Shown here: in pieces, positions 1 through 7,856 of the stretch
How the letters are laid out: every line of letters starts with the position of its first letter
How positions within the stretch are numbered: position 1 is the first letter of the stretch
Assembly: GCA_964541135.1 (NCBI GenBank)
Contig: CAZIPK010000001.1
Coordinates: forward strand, 1 to 36,075
DNA: 36,075 nucleotides
Reading direction: 5' to 3'
Source of the DNA: an uncultured archaeon
Lineage (GTDB): Archaea; Iainarchaeota; Iainarchaeia; Iainarchaeales; JAAZKV01
Position numbers and translations under genes: made by a program
The notes under the pieces: generated by a model
What the model was told of the DNA's origin: nothing
What the model saw: only the letters and a program-made list of their open reading frames with translations
Database searches by the model: none

Positions 1-1
1 T

Positions 2-430
2 TTTCCAAAAAACCTTCCAAAAAAATACTACTCGCATTTTGTAAGAGGATATTTTGATGGAGATGGAAGCATTCATTTCAATAAGCCGAACACTATCAAA
101 ATTAGGATAGTGGGATACATAAAATTTATTAAAGCTTTAAAGTCAAAAATCTGGAAAACTGCACGAATTAAATCATCAAAAATCAAAAATTGGCCAGGGT
201 GCAGCGGAATTGAATTTTATGGGGATAACGCAAGAAAATTTTGTAAATGGATATATAAGGACTCCAGAAAGCTTTATTTAGAGAGAAAACATAAAAGATA
301 TTGCAATCACTTAAAAAAGAGGGACAAAAATGCCAAATTTAGCCCAATATATTGTAGTAAACAAAGAGCTAAAAATGAACTGCGGAAAAATCTGCGCCCA
401 AGTCGCACACGCATCAGTAGCAGTGCTTGA
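2..430 (+). CDS. LAGLIDADG-type homing endonuclease, 5'-truncated by the window edge
   Basis: Frame 2 is open from nt 2. The translation FVRGYFDGDGSI (nt 38-73) is a textbook LAGLIDADG motif, followed by GIEFYGDNARKF...LYLERKHKRY. There is no stop until 428-430, so the tail overlaps the pth2 start. Confidence 0.7.
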   Translation, partial: FPKNLPKKYYSHFVRGYFDGDGSIHFNKPNTIKIRIVGYIKFIKALKSKIWKTARIKSSKIKNWPGCSGIEFYGDNARKFCKWIYKDSRKLYLERKHKRYCNHLKKRDKNAKFSPIYCSKQRAKNELRKNLRPSRTRISSSA

Positions 431-674
431 AAAAATTGATGATGATGTGATTGAAGAATGGAAATTACAAGGAATGAAAAAAGTAGTGCTAAAAATCAAA
501 ACCACTGAAGAACTACTTGCACTTTTTGAAAGAGCAAAAAAAGAGCTCCCCTGCGCATTAATAACTGACGGAGGAAGAACACAAATAGCAGCAGGAAGCA
601 AAACTTGTTTTGCATGCGGGCCGGCAGAAGAAACAAAAGCACAAAAATACTTCAAAGAATTAAAGCTACTCTGA
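330..674 (+). CDS. pth2: Peptidyl-tRNA hydrolase, archaeal/eukaryotic Pth2 type
   Basis: 114 aa. Family signatures are QYIVVNKELKMNCGKICAQVAHAS and DGGRTQIAAGSKTCFACGP. Length is typical for the family. Confidence 0.9.
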   Translation: MPNLAQYIVVNKELKMNCGKICAQVAHASVAVLEKIDDDVIEEWKLQGMKKVVLKIKTTEELLALFERAKKELPCALITDGGRTQIAAGSKTCFACGPAEETKAQKYFKELKLL

Positions 675-759
675 CAGTTAAAGTTGGACAAAAAACTATA
701 TTAAACAAAATAAAAAAATTTAATTTAAGAATTTTTTAATTACGCAGAAGGGTTATTTT

Positions 760-1530
760 ATGAAAACAGGCTTTCTAAAACACATAGTCAGCTTAATCAA
801 GCAATCAGACCTGATAATAGAAATACTTGATGCGCGCCACCCAGAGAAAACAAGAAACCCTTATTTAGAAAAACTAGTGAAAGAAATCGGAAGAGAAATT
901 ATTTTAGTAATAAACAAGGCTGACCTAGTTGAAAAAGCGAGTCTAGAAAAAGAGAAAGAAGAAATACAACAAGAAAGTGGCATAAAAACCATTTTTGTTT
1001 CAGCACTGGAAAAAGACGGTATTAACTTGATTAGAAGAGAAATGAGCGAAATGATGAGAAATAAAGAAAAAATAACTATTGGAATAATAGGATACCCAAA
1101 TGTAGGGAAAAGCACCTTAATTAACGCTCTTGCTGGAAGGGGAAGGGGAAGAGTAGCCACTTCAAGAAAAGCCGGGCTGACAAGAGGAATAACAAAAGTA
1201 AAAATAACCGATGGGATTTATTTGATTGATTCACCGGGAATAATACCTTTTGGAGAAGAAGAATTTGATTTATTCTTAGTAGAATCAAAAAATGCTAACC
1301 AATTAAAAGAACCCGAAATCGCAGCAGTAAAATTAATCCAATTACTGGGAAAAGAAAAAATTGCAGGGTTCTACGGGATACAAAAAGAAATAATGGAAGG
1401 AAAAGATGAGGAAGAAATGCTTGAAGAAATTGCAAAAAAAAGAAGCCTCCTTCAAAAAGGCGGAAAAGGAGACATGAGCAAAGCCGCAAGGGATTTACTT
1501 GAAAGATACCAAAAACACGAAATAAAGTAA
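760..1530 (+). CDS. Circularly permuted ribosome-biogenesis GTPase (YlqF/RbgA/Nug1-like)
   Basis: G4 (VINKADL) precedes G1 (GYPNVGKSTLINAL) and G3 (DSPG). This is the permuted motif order typical of the family. Confidence 0.85.
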   Translation: MKTGFLKHIVSLIKQSDLIIEILDARHPEKTRNPYLEKLVKEIGREIILVINKADLVEKASLEKEKEEIQQESGIKTIFVSALEKDGINLIRREMSEMMRNKEKITIGIIGYPNVGKSTLINALAGRGRGRVATSRKAGLTRGITKVKITDGIYLIDSPGIIPFGEEEFDLFLVESKNANQLKEPEIAAVKLIQLLGKEKIAGFYGIQKEIMEGKDEEEMLEEIAKKRSLLQKGGKGDMSKAARDLLERYQKHEIK

Positions 1531-1878
1531 TAAATAAAAATCGCGGCAAAAACTACAACATCCTCAAGAAAAATTAAATGCCTAAAATCAAGAGCAATCA
1601 TAGATTTTAATTAATTTTAAAGTTCCCTGATTTTTCCAATCGCATCCTTAAGCAAAACCTTCTTTTTTATTGACTTTTCGCTCGCAAGCCTAAGCTTAAG
1701 CTCGTGAATTAAATCATCATTAGTAAGGCGCATACCAAATTAACACTAAAAAAGGATTAAAAAGATTGGCTAATAACACAAAAAGCACAGCAAAAAATAA
1801 ATAAATTAATTTAATCAGGCGCATAAGCCAAAAAGCAAGTAAACTAAAAAACTTCAAATAACAAAACTTTGATTAAAG

Positions 1879-2262
1879 TCAGTAGAAAGAGTCAATACTA
1901 ACTGAAAACTTTTTAGCATCTTGTAGCGAAATCATGAAATTCTTGCCAGCATTGTGAAAATGTTCAAATTTTATGAAAAGCCAACCAGCCCGAGGAATCT
2001 TCCAAGCAACAAAAAACTCTGCCCCTGCAACACGCGCCCAATTAACCTCATCATTCATAGTAACCACAGGAATTGCCAAGTAATCCCCCCTCCACGCCTT
2101 GCACTCAAAAGCCAAAATTCTTCCACTCTTCAAAGCAACCACATCAGGAGAAGGCAGGGGCGAAACGCCGGAACCAGCAACCCGCAAAACAGCAAAACCC
2201 TTATCAAAAAGAGCTTTAATCAACTCGCGCTCCGCATTTGCACCCTTATTGTAATGAGGCAT
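1879..2262 (-). CDS. hjc: Holliday junction resolvase Hjc
   Basis: 127 aa. Motifs KGANAERELIKALFDKGFAVLRVAGSG, PDVVAL and AFECK match the Hjc catalytic E/D/E-x-K pattern. Confidence 0.85.
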   Translation of the reverse strand: MPHYNKGANAERELIKALFDKGFAVLRVAGSGVSPLPSPDVVALKSGRILAFECKAWRGDYLAIPVVTMNDEVNWARVAGAEFFVAWKIPRAGWLFIKFEHFHNAGKNFMISLQDAKKFSVSIDSFY

Positions 2263-2384
2263 AAATAATCAACTTAAATAAAGAATTAAGAGTATAAAAA
2301 ACAAATGCACAAAAAAATAACAAAAAAAAATAAAATAAAAAAATAAAAATTTGGAGAAAAATTATATTTTTTGGGGAAAAAAAT

Positions 2385-2549
2385 TCACTTTAACCCACGG
2401 CTGATGTGGCGCGCGGATTCAAGCTCTTCCTCGCTATTTCGAGCCAAACCGGCTTTTAAATTAAAAGCCCACCTTTTAACCTTCTTATCAAGGGGAAGCT
2501 TGGAACCATCCCCTGGATTATTTAAACCATTAAAGCTAAACCTACCCAT
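2385..2549 (-). CDS. Small hypothetical protein (54 aa, below the ORF-track cutoff)
   Basis: My own translation gives MGRFSFNGLNNPGDGSKLPLDKKVKRWAFNLKAGLARNSEEELESARHISRGLK. GAGGT lies 7 nt upstream of the ATG, TATA-like elements lie 20-40 nt upstream, and local GC is above the intergenic background. I recognise no family. The opposite-strand ORF 2371-2574 is the alternative reading. Confidence 0.3.
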   Translation of the reverse strand: MGRFSFNGLNNPGDGSKLPLDKKVKRWAFNLKAGLARNSEEELESARHISRGLK

Positions 2550-2698
2550 ATGCACTACCTCACTTTTTTTATAACAATTAAGTTTAAATGCCCTTCACTT
2601 AACAAATAAATTTGGACAAAAGACCTTAAAAGGTTAAAAAAGCAAGTTGAATAGCAAAAACATGGGTAAAATGACCCAAAATTAATTTCAATTTCAAC

Positions 2699-2730
2699 GC
2701 GCTTTAAAAGCGCCAATTTAAGCGCTTAAA
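2699..2730 (+). promoter_or_regulatory. TATA/BRE-like promoter region with two palindromes upstream of the DUF167-dnaG genes
   Basis: CTTTAAAAG (2702-2710) is centred about 28 nt upstream of ATG 2734, which is leaderless spacing. It is embedded in the inverted repeat GCGCTTT-A-AAAGCGC (2699-2713). The perfect palindrome TTTAAGCGCTTAAA (2717-2730) follows. Confidence 0.4.
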
Positions 2731-2733
2731 AAG

Positions 2734-3006
2734 ATGGTTTGTGTTTTGGAAACAATAATTAAAGCAAAAATAATTCCCCAAAAAAGGGAATTTAAAATAG
2801 CATTTGATAAAAAAAATGATTGTTTGGTTATTAATGCCACAAAAAAACCGGAAAAAGGAAAAGTTAATGAAGAAGTCCTAAAAGGATTAAGGAATTTTTT
2901 TAATTCAGAAATTACGCTTATTTCCGGATTTAAGAGCAACAAAAAAGTGCTCAAAATAATGCTAGAAAAAGAAGAAATACTTAAAAAACTAGAAAACACA
3001 AGCTAA
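2734..3006 (+). CDS. DUF167 (YggU/UPF0235) family protein
   Basis: 90 aa. LVINATKKPEKGKVNEEVLKGLRNFF...ISGFKSNKKVLKI matches the DUF167 pattern (PxxGKAN..L..fL...l....i..G..s..K.v.i). Confidence 0.7.
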   Translation: MVCVLETIIKAKIIPQKREFKIAFDKKNDCLVINATKKPEKGKVNEEVLKGLRNFFNSEITLISGFKSNKKVLKIMLEKEEILKKLENTS

Positions 3007-3065
3007 TTCTAAGAAAAACCTAGTAAGGATTTTTTCCAAAAAAAGTCATAAGGAGAAGTGAAAAA

Positions 3066-4493
3066 ATGGCTAAAACATATTTAAACGCGGTGAAATACGA
3101 AATAACCGCAAATTACGCCGTAGAAGGGGTAGTTGAAAAACCTGACATAGTCGGGGCAATATTCGGCCAATGCGAAGGCCTGCTTGGAGAAGACATGGAT
3201 TTAAAGGAATTACAGCAAGGCGGAAAACTTGGAAGAATAGAAATAACAGTAAAAAAAGGAAAAGGGACAACAAGCGGGGAAATAATAATCCCAAGCTCTC
3301 TAGACCAGGTAAAAACAAGCATCTTGGCAGCAACCATTGAAACGGTTGAAAAAGTAGGCCCGTTTGAGGCAAAAGTAAAAGTGCTAAACATAGCGGACAC
3401 AAGAAAAGACAAAAGAGAAAACATCGCGGACAGGGCAAAAGAACTCTTAAAAAGAATGCAGAAATTTGAGGGAGTGGAAAGTGACGAGCTGGCCAACTCA
3501 ATAAAAACAGAAATCAGAACAGAAAAAATAGTCAATTACAACGGACTGCAAGCAGGACCAGAGATAGAAACAAACCCTGAAATAATTGTGGTGGAAGGCA
3601 GAGCAGATGTATTAAAGCTGTTAAGCTACGGAATAAACAACTCAGTAGCAATGAACGGAGGAAACATTGACGCACCCCTAATCAATTTATGCAAACAAAA
3701 AACAGTAACAGTACTAATTGACGGGGACAGGGGCGGAGAACTAAACGTAAAAAAACTATCCTCCCTAACTAAAGTGGATTTTGTTGCAAAAGCACCAGAC
3801 GGAAAAGAAGTTGAAGAGCTGACGCAAAAAGAAATCCTACAAGCGCTAAAAAGAAAAACAACGCTCGCAGAGGCTTTTGAAAAAAGGGAAACACCCAAAT
3901 TTGAGGAAACCCCGCAAAGGTTTGATGCATTTAGACCAAACTTTGGAAGAAATGACAATTCAAGATTTGAACAAAGACCAAGATTTGGTCAAAGAAACGG
4001 CCACCCAAGAAACGAAAGACCTCAATTCGGGGACAGAAATTTCAACAGAAGGGACAACCCACGATTTAGGGGAAGAAACGATGGATACGGAGGAAGACCA
4101 AGGTTTTCTGATAGAAACCAAAACAACAGCTACAGCCCTTACCAAAGAAACAACTTCAATAACTTTACACCAACCCAGCAGTACTCCCCACCCTTCCAAA
4201 GGGAAGAAGCAATGCCTGAAGAAATAAAAGCAATGCAAAAAGAATTTGACAAACTAAAGGGAAAATCAAAAGCAAAACTACTTGACGAAAAAGGCAAAAA
4301 AATAAAGGAAACACAAGTCAAGGATTTGCTTGAAAACCTTCAAAAAACCAAGAAAAACGTTTCAACAATACTATTCGACGGAATAATAACAAACAGATTA
4401 GTTGAAGCAGCAGAGGCAAAAAAAGTGAAAACAATAATAGGGGTAAAAAAGGGAAACATTAACCCCACACAAACAAAAATCTACACAATGTAA
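3066..4493 (+). CDS. dnaG: Archaeal DnaG primase-like protein (Toprim; exosome-associated) with a low-complexity R/N/F-rich insert
   Basis: The N-terminus EGVVEKPDIVGAIFGQCEGLLGEDMDLKELQ is the archaeal DnaG signature. Toprim motifs are IIVVEGRADV and LIDGDRGGE. The insert spans residues ~278-380. Confidence 0.9.
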   Translation: MAKTYLNAVKYEITANYAVEGVVEKPDIVGAIFGQCEGLLGEDMDLKELQQGGKLGRIEITVKKGKGTTSGEIIIPSSLDQVKTSILAATIETVEKVGPFEAKVKVLNIADTRKDKRENIADRAKELLKRMQKFEGVESDELANSIKTEIRTEKIVNYNGLQAGPEIETNPEIIVVEGRADVLKLLSYGINNSVAMNGGNIDAPLINLCKQKTVTVLIDGDRGGELNVKKLSSLTKVDFVAKAPDGKEVEELTQKEILQALKRKTTLAEAFEKRETPKFEETPQRFDAFRPNFGRNDNSRFEQRPRFGQRNGHPRNERPQFGDRNFNRRDNPRFRGRNDGYGGRPRFSDRNQNNSYSPYQRNNFNNFTPTQQYSPPFQREEAMPEEIKAMQKEFDKLKGKSKAKLLDEKGKKIKETQVKDLLENLQKTKKNVSTILFDGIITNRLVEAAEAKKVKTIIGVKKGNINPTQTKIYTM

Positions 4494-4511
4494 AAAAACA
4501 AATTTAAAAAT

Positions 4512-4545
4512 TGGGGCTAAAAAGCCCCATTAAACTTTTTCTTTT
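4512..4545 (+). terminator. Hairpin plus T-tract after dnaG
   Basis: TGGGGCT-aaaa-AGCCCCA forms a 7-bp stem (4512-4529), followed by TTTTTCTTTT (4536-4545). Confidence 0.5.
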
Positions 4546-4653
4546 AAAAATCATCAAAGTTTTAAAAACGCTAACCCAAACCACTTAAACTAGCTAATTC
4601 TCGATTCGTTAAAACTGAGACGAAAAATGCAAAAGAAAAGTTAAATGTTAAAT

Positions 4654-4694
4654 AAAAAAAATATTTTAAAGTGAAGAGCACTCCTCTCCACTTT
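4654..4694 (-). terminator. Hairpin plus T8 tract after the minus-strand membrane-protein gene
   Basis: Arms 4668-4678 and 4684-4694 pair over 11 bp with one mismatch. On the minus strand this is followed by T8 (plus-strand A8, 4654-4661). Confidence 0.45.
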
Positions 4695-4707
4695 AATATT
4701 CAAGGAT

Positions 4708-5187
4708 TTACTTTTTCTTAAAGGGCCTGTGTGCAATTTCAATTTCTTCAACAGGAATTGCAATAACCTTGCTGAACAACAACACAAGGGATATTAGGAA
4801 AAACCCAAACCAAAAGAAGAACACTGCTATTGGCCCAAGCAATGATGTCGCCGCTTGGCGCGAAGTCATAGTTATTTGAGTGCCTGGAATCTGAGCTCCG
4901 GTTACCTCAAACAATGCACTTCTGCAACGCTGGTAACGAAGTTCTTCAAAAACCTGCAAAGTAGAATCGTTTGAAATCTGGGCAGCGCTTAAACCATCAA
5001 GATAAGTATTAGCACAACCGTTAAAGTTACGCACGGATTGCCAAGAATCAAACATCACTGCAGCAGATTTAATGAGCAAAAGCAAAGTAATTATGGCCAA
5101 AAATGCGCCCACAAACTGGTTCCACTGAAAATTCCTTCCATTAAGCCTAAAGATTAAAGTCTTGCGCAAAAAAACCACCACCAGCAA
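4708..5187 (-). CDS. Hypothetical membrane protein with two TM helices flanking a Cys-containing loop
   Basis: Hydrophobic segments are AFLAIITLLLLIKSAAV and GPIAVFFFWFGFFLISLVLLF. There is no ATG near the 5' end. The likely start is GTG at 5181/5178 or TTG at 5187, about 21-30 nt downstream of TTTAAATA (minus strand, plus coordinates 5205-5212). Confidence 0.5.
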   Translation of the reverse strand: MLVVVFLRKTLIFRLNGRNFQWNQFVGAFLAIITLLLLIKSAAVMFDSWQSVRNFNGCANTYLDGLSAAQISNDSTLQVFEELRYQRCRSALFEVTGAQIPGTQITMTSRQAATSLLGPIAVFFFWFGFFLISLVLLFSKVIAIPVEEIEIAHRPFKKK

Positions 5188-5368
5188 GATAAGCTAAAAA
5201 CCACTATTTAAACCTTAGCAAAGGAAAGAATACCCCAAAAAGCCAATTGCAAAAAAAGAATCAAAAAAAACAACTAAATAACGCCCCCCAACAAGCAAAC
5301 AAACCAAAAAAAAGCCAAAACTGAAGGTTTAAAAAAACACTGTGAGCTTTTTACTTTATTGAATCAAT

Positions 5369-5441
5369 GGGCCGGTGGTCTAGCGGTTATGACATCACCC
5401 TTACAAGGTGAGAGTCGTGAGTTCGAATCTCTCTCGGCCCA
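5369..5441 (+). tRNA. tRNA-Val (anticodon UAC)
   Basis: Hand-folded cloverleaf: acceptor GGGCCGG/TCGGCCC, anticodon stem TCACC/GGTGA, loop CTTACAA, T-loop TTCGAAT, discriminator A. There is one U-U mismatch in the T stem. CCA is not encoded. A TATA-like GGTTTAAAAAAAC lies ~35 nt upstream. Confidence 0.85.
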
Positions 5442-5544
5442 TTTTTTTTATTTTAAACCCTTGATTAAATCCAACTGCGCCTTTGAGACAAAAGAATTTT
5501 GGCGCAAAGAAAGATTAATAATCCAGGACTAAATTAATATAATC

Positions 5545-7272
5545 ATGAAAAACCAATTGTGCTTGCTACTTGCTTTCCTACTGATAATTTTTGTGGCAAA
5601 TGCGGATGAAATAATTTATCCAACCACAATAAATGAATTAAATGCAGTAATAACACTTTACGGGCAAGGAACAATCTCAGGCTTAAGCGAGGGGGAAGAG
5701 GCGAGACTTGAAACCCTGACTTTTCAGGAAAGCGAATTCCAAGAAATAAAAGTACTTAAAGAAGAACTCACAATTAAGGGGAAAAAATTTTTTCCAAACT
5801 ACATTCTTGACGAATTTGGAAACAAGCACATATTATTCCACATTAATGAAAACGGGGATTTTAATTATATAATCCAAGTCCAAGCAATAAACCACTCGAA
5901 CATCCTTCCAATTGAAGATTACAATATTACAAAACCTGAAGAAATGGTTTTGCAGTACTTAAAAGCCAGCCAAAGTATTGAAAGCTCGTCAACAGAAATC
6001 ATGCTCGTAGAAAGAAATAAGCTATTTGGAGAAAGTTTTTTGCAAATACTTGATGAAACAATAAACTGGGTAAACGATTACGTTGAATACGCATCAGGAG
6101 ATGATTTTAGAAAATACTATTTAAACCAAAAGACTGCAATAGAAACGCTGATATCAAAAAAAGGGGTTTGTGATGAATTTGCAAACCTTGCTGCTGCGCT
6201 ATTGCGAAGCAAAAATATCCCCACAAGAATAGCCACGGGAATAACATTTGATGGAAAAGAATGGGGAAACCACGCATGGATAGAGGTTTATAATTCAAAA
6301 CTAAAAACCTGGATACCATCCGACCCGACATTTAGGGAAGCCGGTTTTGTTGATGCAACCCATATAAAGATGGGCTCATTTGATGATGTGACAAGCTCAA
6401 GGGCAAAGTGCTTTTATCCAGCGACAGCAAATTGTTATTTAGACAACCAAAGCACAATGCCTAATGTAATAATTCAGGAAGTGGGCTTCTTTGATGATGT
6501 AACTCTCGATTCAAACACCCAAACGCTAAAAGCAAACCAATGGAACGATTTTTATGTCACAATAACAAACAAGACAGGAAAAACACTAACCTCCCCCCTT
6601 GGTATAAAGCAAAACTACAAGGACATAATAATACAAGACAAGAAAAAATCAGCAATACTAAAACCAAATGAAACAAAAACAATTTTATTCAAAATAATGC
6701 CACAAATACAGCTTGAGGAAGGGCAAATAGCAAAAGGAAAAATAACTTTTCACAGCCTGTCAGAGCCATTTGAAAAAGAAGTCACTGTAGAGCCTGAAAA
6801 ATACGATGGGATAGGTGACATAGATATAACTGATGTCACACCCATATTTCAAAATGGGGAAATAACCCTGCAAATAACCTCAACAAACTACTATTTAGAA
6901 GATAAAAGCGTATCAATAGAAATAACAGGCAAAGAAAAAACCAACAACTACGAAGAACTATTACCACAACTCACGACAAGAATAATAAAAAAAGAAGTTA
7001 ATGACAATAATGAAGAAGCGTACACAATAAAAATAACCACTCCTGAAAAAATATTCACTCAAACAATCGTAACAAAAATCGATAAACTAACCGTCACCCC
7101 TACAAGACCAACCCAACAAAGCACAATTTTGCAAAACATTGCCCCTCAAAAAGAAAAACCAAGCATTATCGAAACCCTTGGAAAAAATCCAATAGCCCTT
7201 GTAGTAAGCGCATTACTTGGAATAACAGTGCTCATAATCGGAATTGTGTGGGCAAACAAGCGCTACGTATAG
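5545..7272 (+). CDS. Secreted, C-terminally anchored transglutaminase-like cysteine protease-fold surface protein
   Basis: It has an N-terminal signal peptide (LLLAFLLIIFVANA). The transglutaminase-core triad context is GVCDEFANL, GNHAWIEVY and IPSDPT. A C-terminal TM helix (ALVVSALLGITVLIIGIVWA) is followed by a basic stop-transfer sequence. Confidence 0.8.
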   Translation: MKNQLCLLLAFLLIIFVANADEIIYPTTINELNAVITLYGQGTISGLSEGEEARLETLTFQESEFQEIKVLKEELTIKGKKFFPNYILDEFGNKHILFHINENGDFNYIIQVQAINHSNILPIEDYNITKPEEMVLQYLKASQSIESSSTEIMLVERNKLFGESFLQILDETINWVNDYVEYASGDDFRKYYLNQKTAIETLISKKGVCDEFANLAAALLRSKNIPTRIATGITFDGKEWGNHAWIEVYNSKLKTWIPSDPTFREAGFVDATHIKMGSFDDVTSSRAKCFYPATANCYLDNQSTMPNVIIQEVGFFDDVTLDSNTQTLKANQWNDFYVTITNKTGKTLTSPLGIKQNYKDIIIQDKKKSAILKPNETKTILFKIMPQIQLEEGQIAKGKITFHSLSEPFEKEVTVEPEKYDGIGDIDITDVTPIFQNGEITLQITSTNYYLEDKSVSIEITGKEKTNNYEELLPQLTTRIIKKEVNDNNEEAYTIKITTPEKIFTQTIVTKIDKLTVTPTRPTQQSTILQNIAPQKEKPSIIETLGKNPIALVVSALLGITVLIIGIVWANKRYV

Positions 7273-7301
7273 TTTATAAACAATATCAAAAACCAAGATA
7301 A

Positions 7302-7320
7302 TTAATCGCAAAGCGATTAA
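7302..7320 (+). terminator. Perfect 8-bp hairpin downstream of the surface-protein gene
   Basis: TTAATCGC-aaa-GCGATTAA. There is no strong T-tract, so a terminator role is tentative. Confidence 0.3.
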
Positions 7321-7340
7321 ACGGAAGAATATAAAGAAAA

Positions 7341-7492
7341 GCGATCGTTGTCTAGTGGTTATGATTCGTCCTTGCCAGAACCCTTTTTGCTTAAAGCAAA
7401 AAAGCGTTCATTGGAAAAAAAGCCTTTGAGGCGAGAGCCCAATAGCTGGTTGCAACTAGGACGGGGCCCGGGTTCAATTCCCGGCGGTCGCA
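7341..7492 (+). tRNA. tRNA-Gly (anticodon GCC) with an 80-nt intron at the canonical 37/38 position (intron 7378-7457)
   Basis: Acceptor GCGATCG/CGGTCGC; anticodon stem CGTCC (7367-71)/GGACG (7459-63); loop TTGCCA|intron|A; T arm CCGGG-TTCAATT-CCCGG. The hBHBh' motif has central helix TTGC (7372-75)/GCAA (7452-55), 3-nt bulges CAG (7376-78) and CTA (7456-58), and outer helix AACC (7379-82)/GGTT (7448-51). Confidence 0.85.
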
Positions 7493-7544
7493 TTTAAACC
7501 CAAAATTAATCTAAGAAGAATACGCCAAACTTTAAATAATAGGC

Positions 7545-7754
7545 TCATTCAATACCTTCACAAGAAACAACTTGCCAGTTTCCATCAACCTCTTTTTTGC
7601 ATTCAAATTCACAATTAATTGGGATGCCATAACACAATTGGACTTGAACATCATACTGGTTAAGCCCAGGGAGCATACTAGCAACCCCGATGCAATTACA
7701 TTCCATATTTTTATATTGCTTTGTTTCGTGTGCAGTGAAGAAATCATTCCTCAC
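7545..7754 (-). CDS. Small cysteine-rich protein body (6 Cys), probably the 3' part of a frameshifted gene
   Basis: The 69-aa ORF contains ...ECNCIGVASM...CYGIPINCEFECKK...SCEGIE. It has only a GTG start and no signal peptide of its own. See the fragment at 7751-7837. Confidence 0.4.
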   Translation of the reverse strand: MRNDFFTAHETKQYKNMECNCIGVASMLPGLNQYDVQVQLCYGIPINCEFECKKEVDGNWQVVSCEGIE

Positions 7755-7837
7755 AAAGTTTTGCTTTGGGAAAAAAACAAGGCAATGACCAAAATAATAA
7801 TCAAAATTATTAATAATAATTCAATCTTAATTTTCAC
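7751..7837 (-). CDS. Signal-peptide-like N-terminal fragment (28 codons), in the 0 frame relative to the promoter
   Basis: GTG 7837 opens MKIKIELLLIILIIILVIALFFSQSKTL*. A -1 shift in the T7 run (plus-strand A7, 7771-7777) joins it to the Cys-rich ORF. Confidence 0.35.
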   Translation of the reverse strand: MKIKIELLLIILIIILVIALFFSQSKTL

Positions 7838-7856
7838 ACACTAAAAAAAGAGCAAA

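Noticed and set aside
861-1549. The ORFs at 861-1160 and 1295-1549 are antisense to the GTPase gene. Similar antisense ORFs overlap dnaG (3070-3535, 3626-4321), ftsY (14802-16697), srp54, RPA and nrdJ.
   Set aside because: They lie opposite well-supported conserved genes. Their translations are low-complexity F/L/S-rich strings, as expected from the complement of K/E/N-rich codons. None has a recognisable motif.
1713-1720. C-box-like ATGATGA on the minus strand, and TTGATGA at 4551-4557 on the minus strand, as possible C/D-box sRNAs.
   Set aside because: No CTGA D box occurs within the expected 50-70 nt downstream in either case.
2371-2574. Plus-strand 67-aa ORF in the hjc-DUF167 spacer, and the possibility of a structured RNA in the GC-richer patch 2390-2560.
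   Set aside because: The plus ORF has only a TTG start and no promoter or SD context. The minus-strand 54-aa ORF has better signals. I found local hairpins (for example 2449-2467) but no tRNA, SRP RNA, RNase P or C/D-box signature.
7532-7844. Alternative ORFs 7532-7747 (-) and 7572-7844 (+) overlap the Cys-rich ORF.
   Set aside because: Neither has promoter or signal logic. The minus-strand reading that joins the signal peptide to the Cys-rich frame explains the TATA position and the protein features better.
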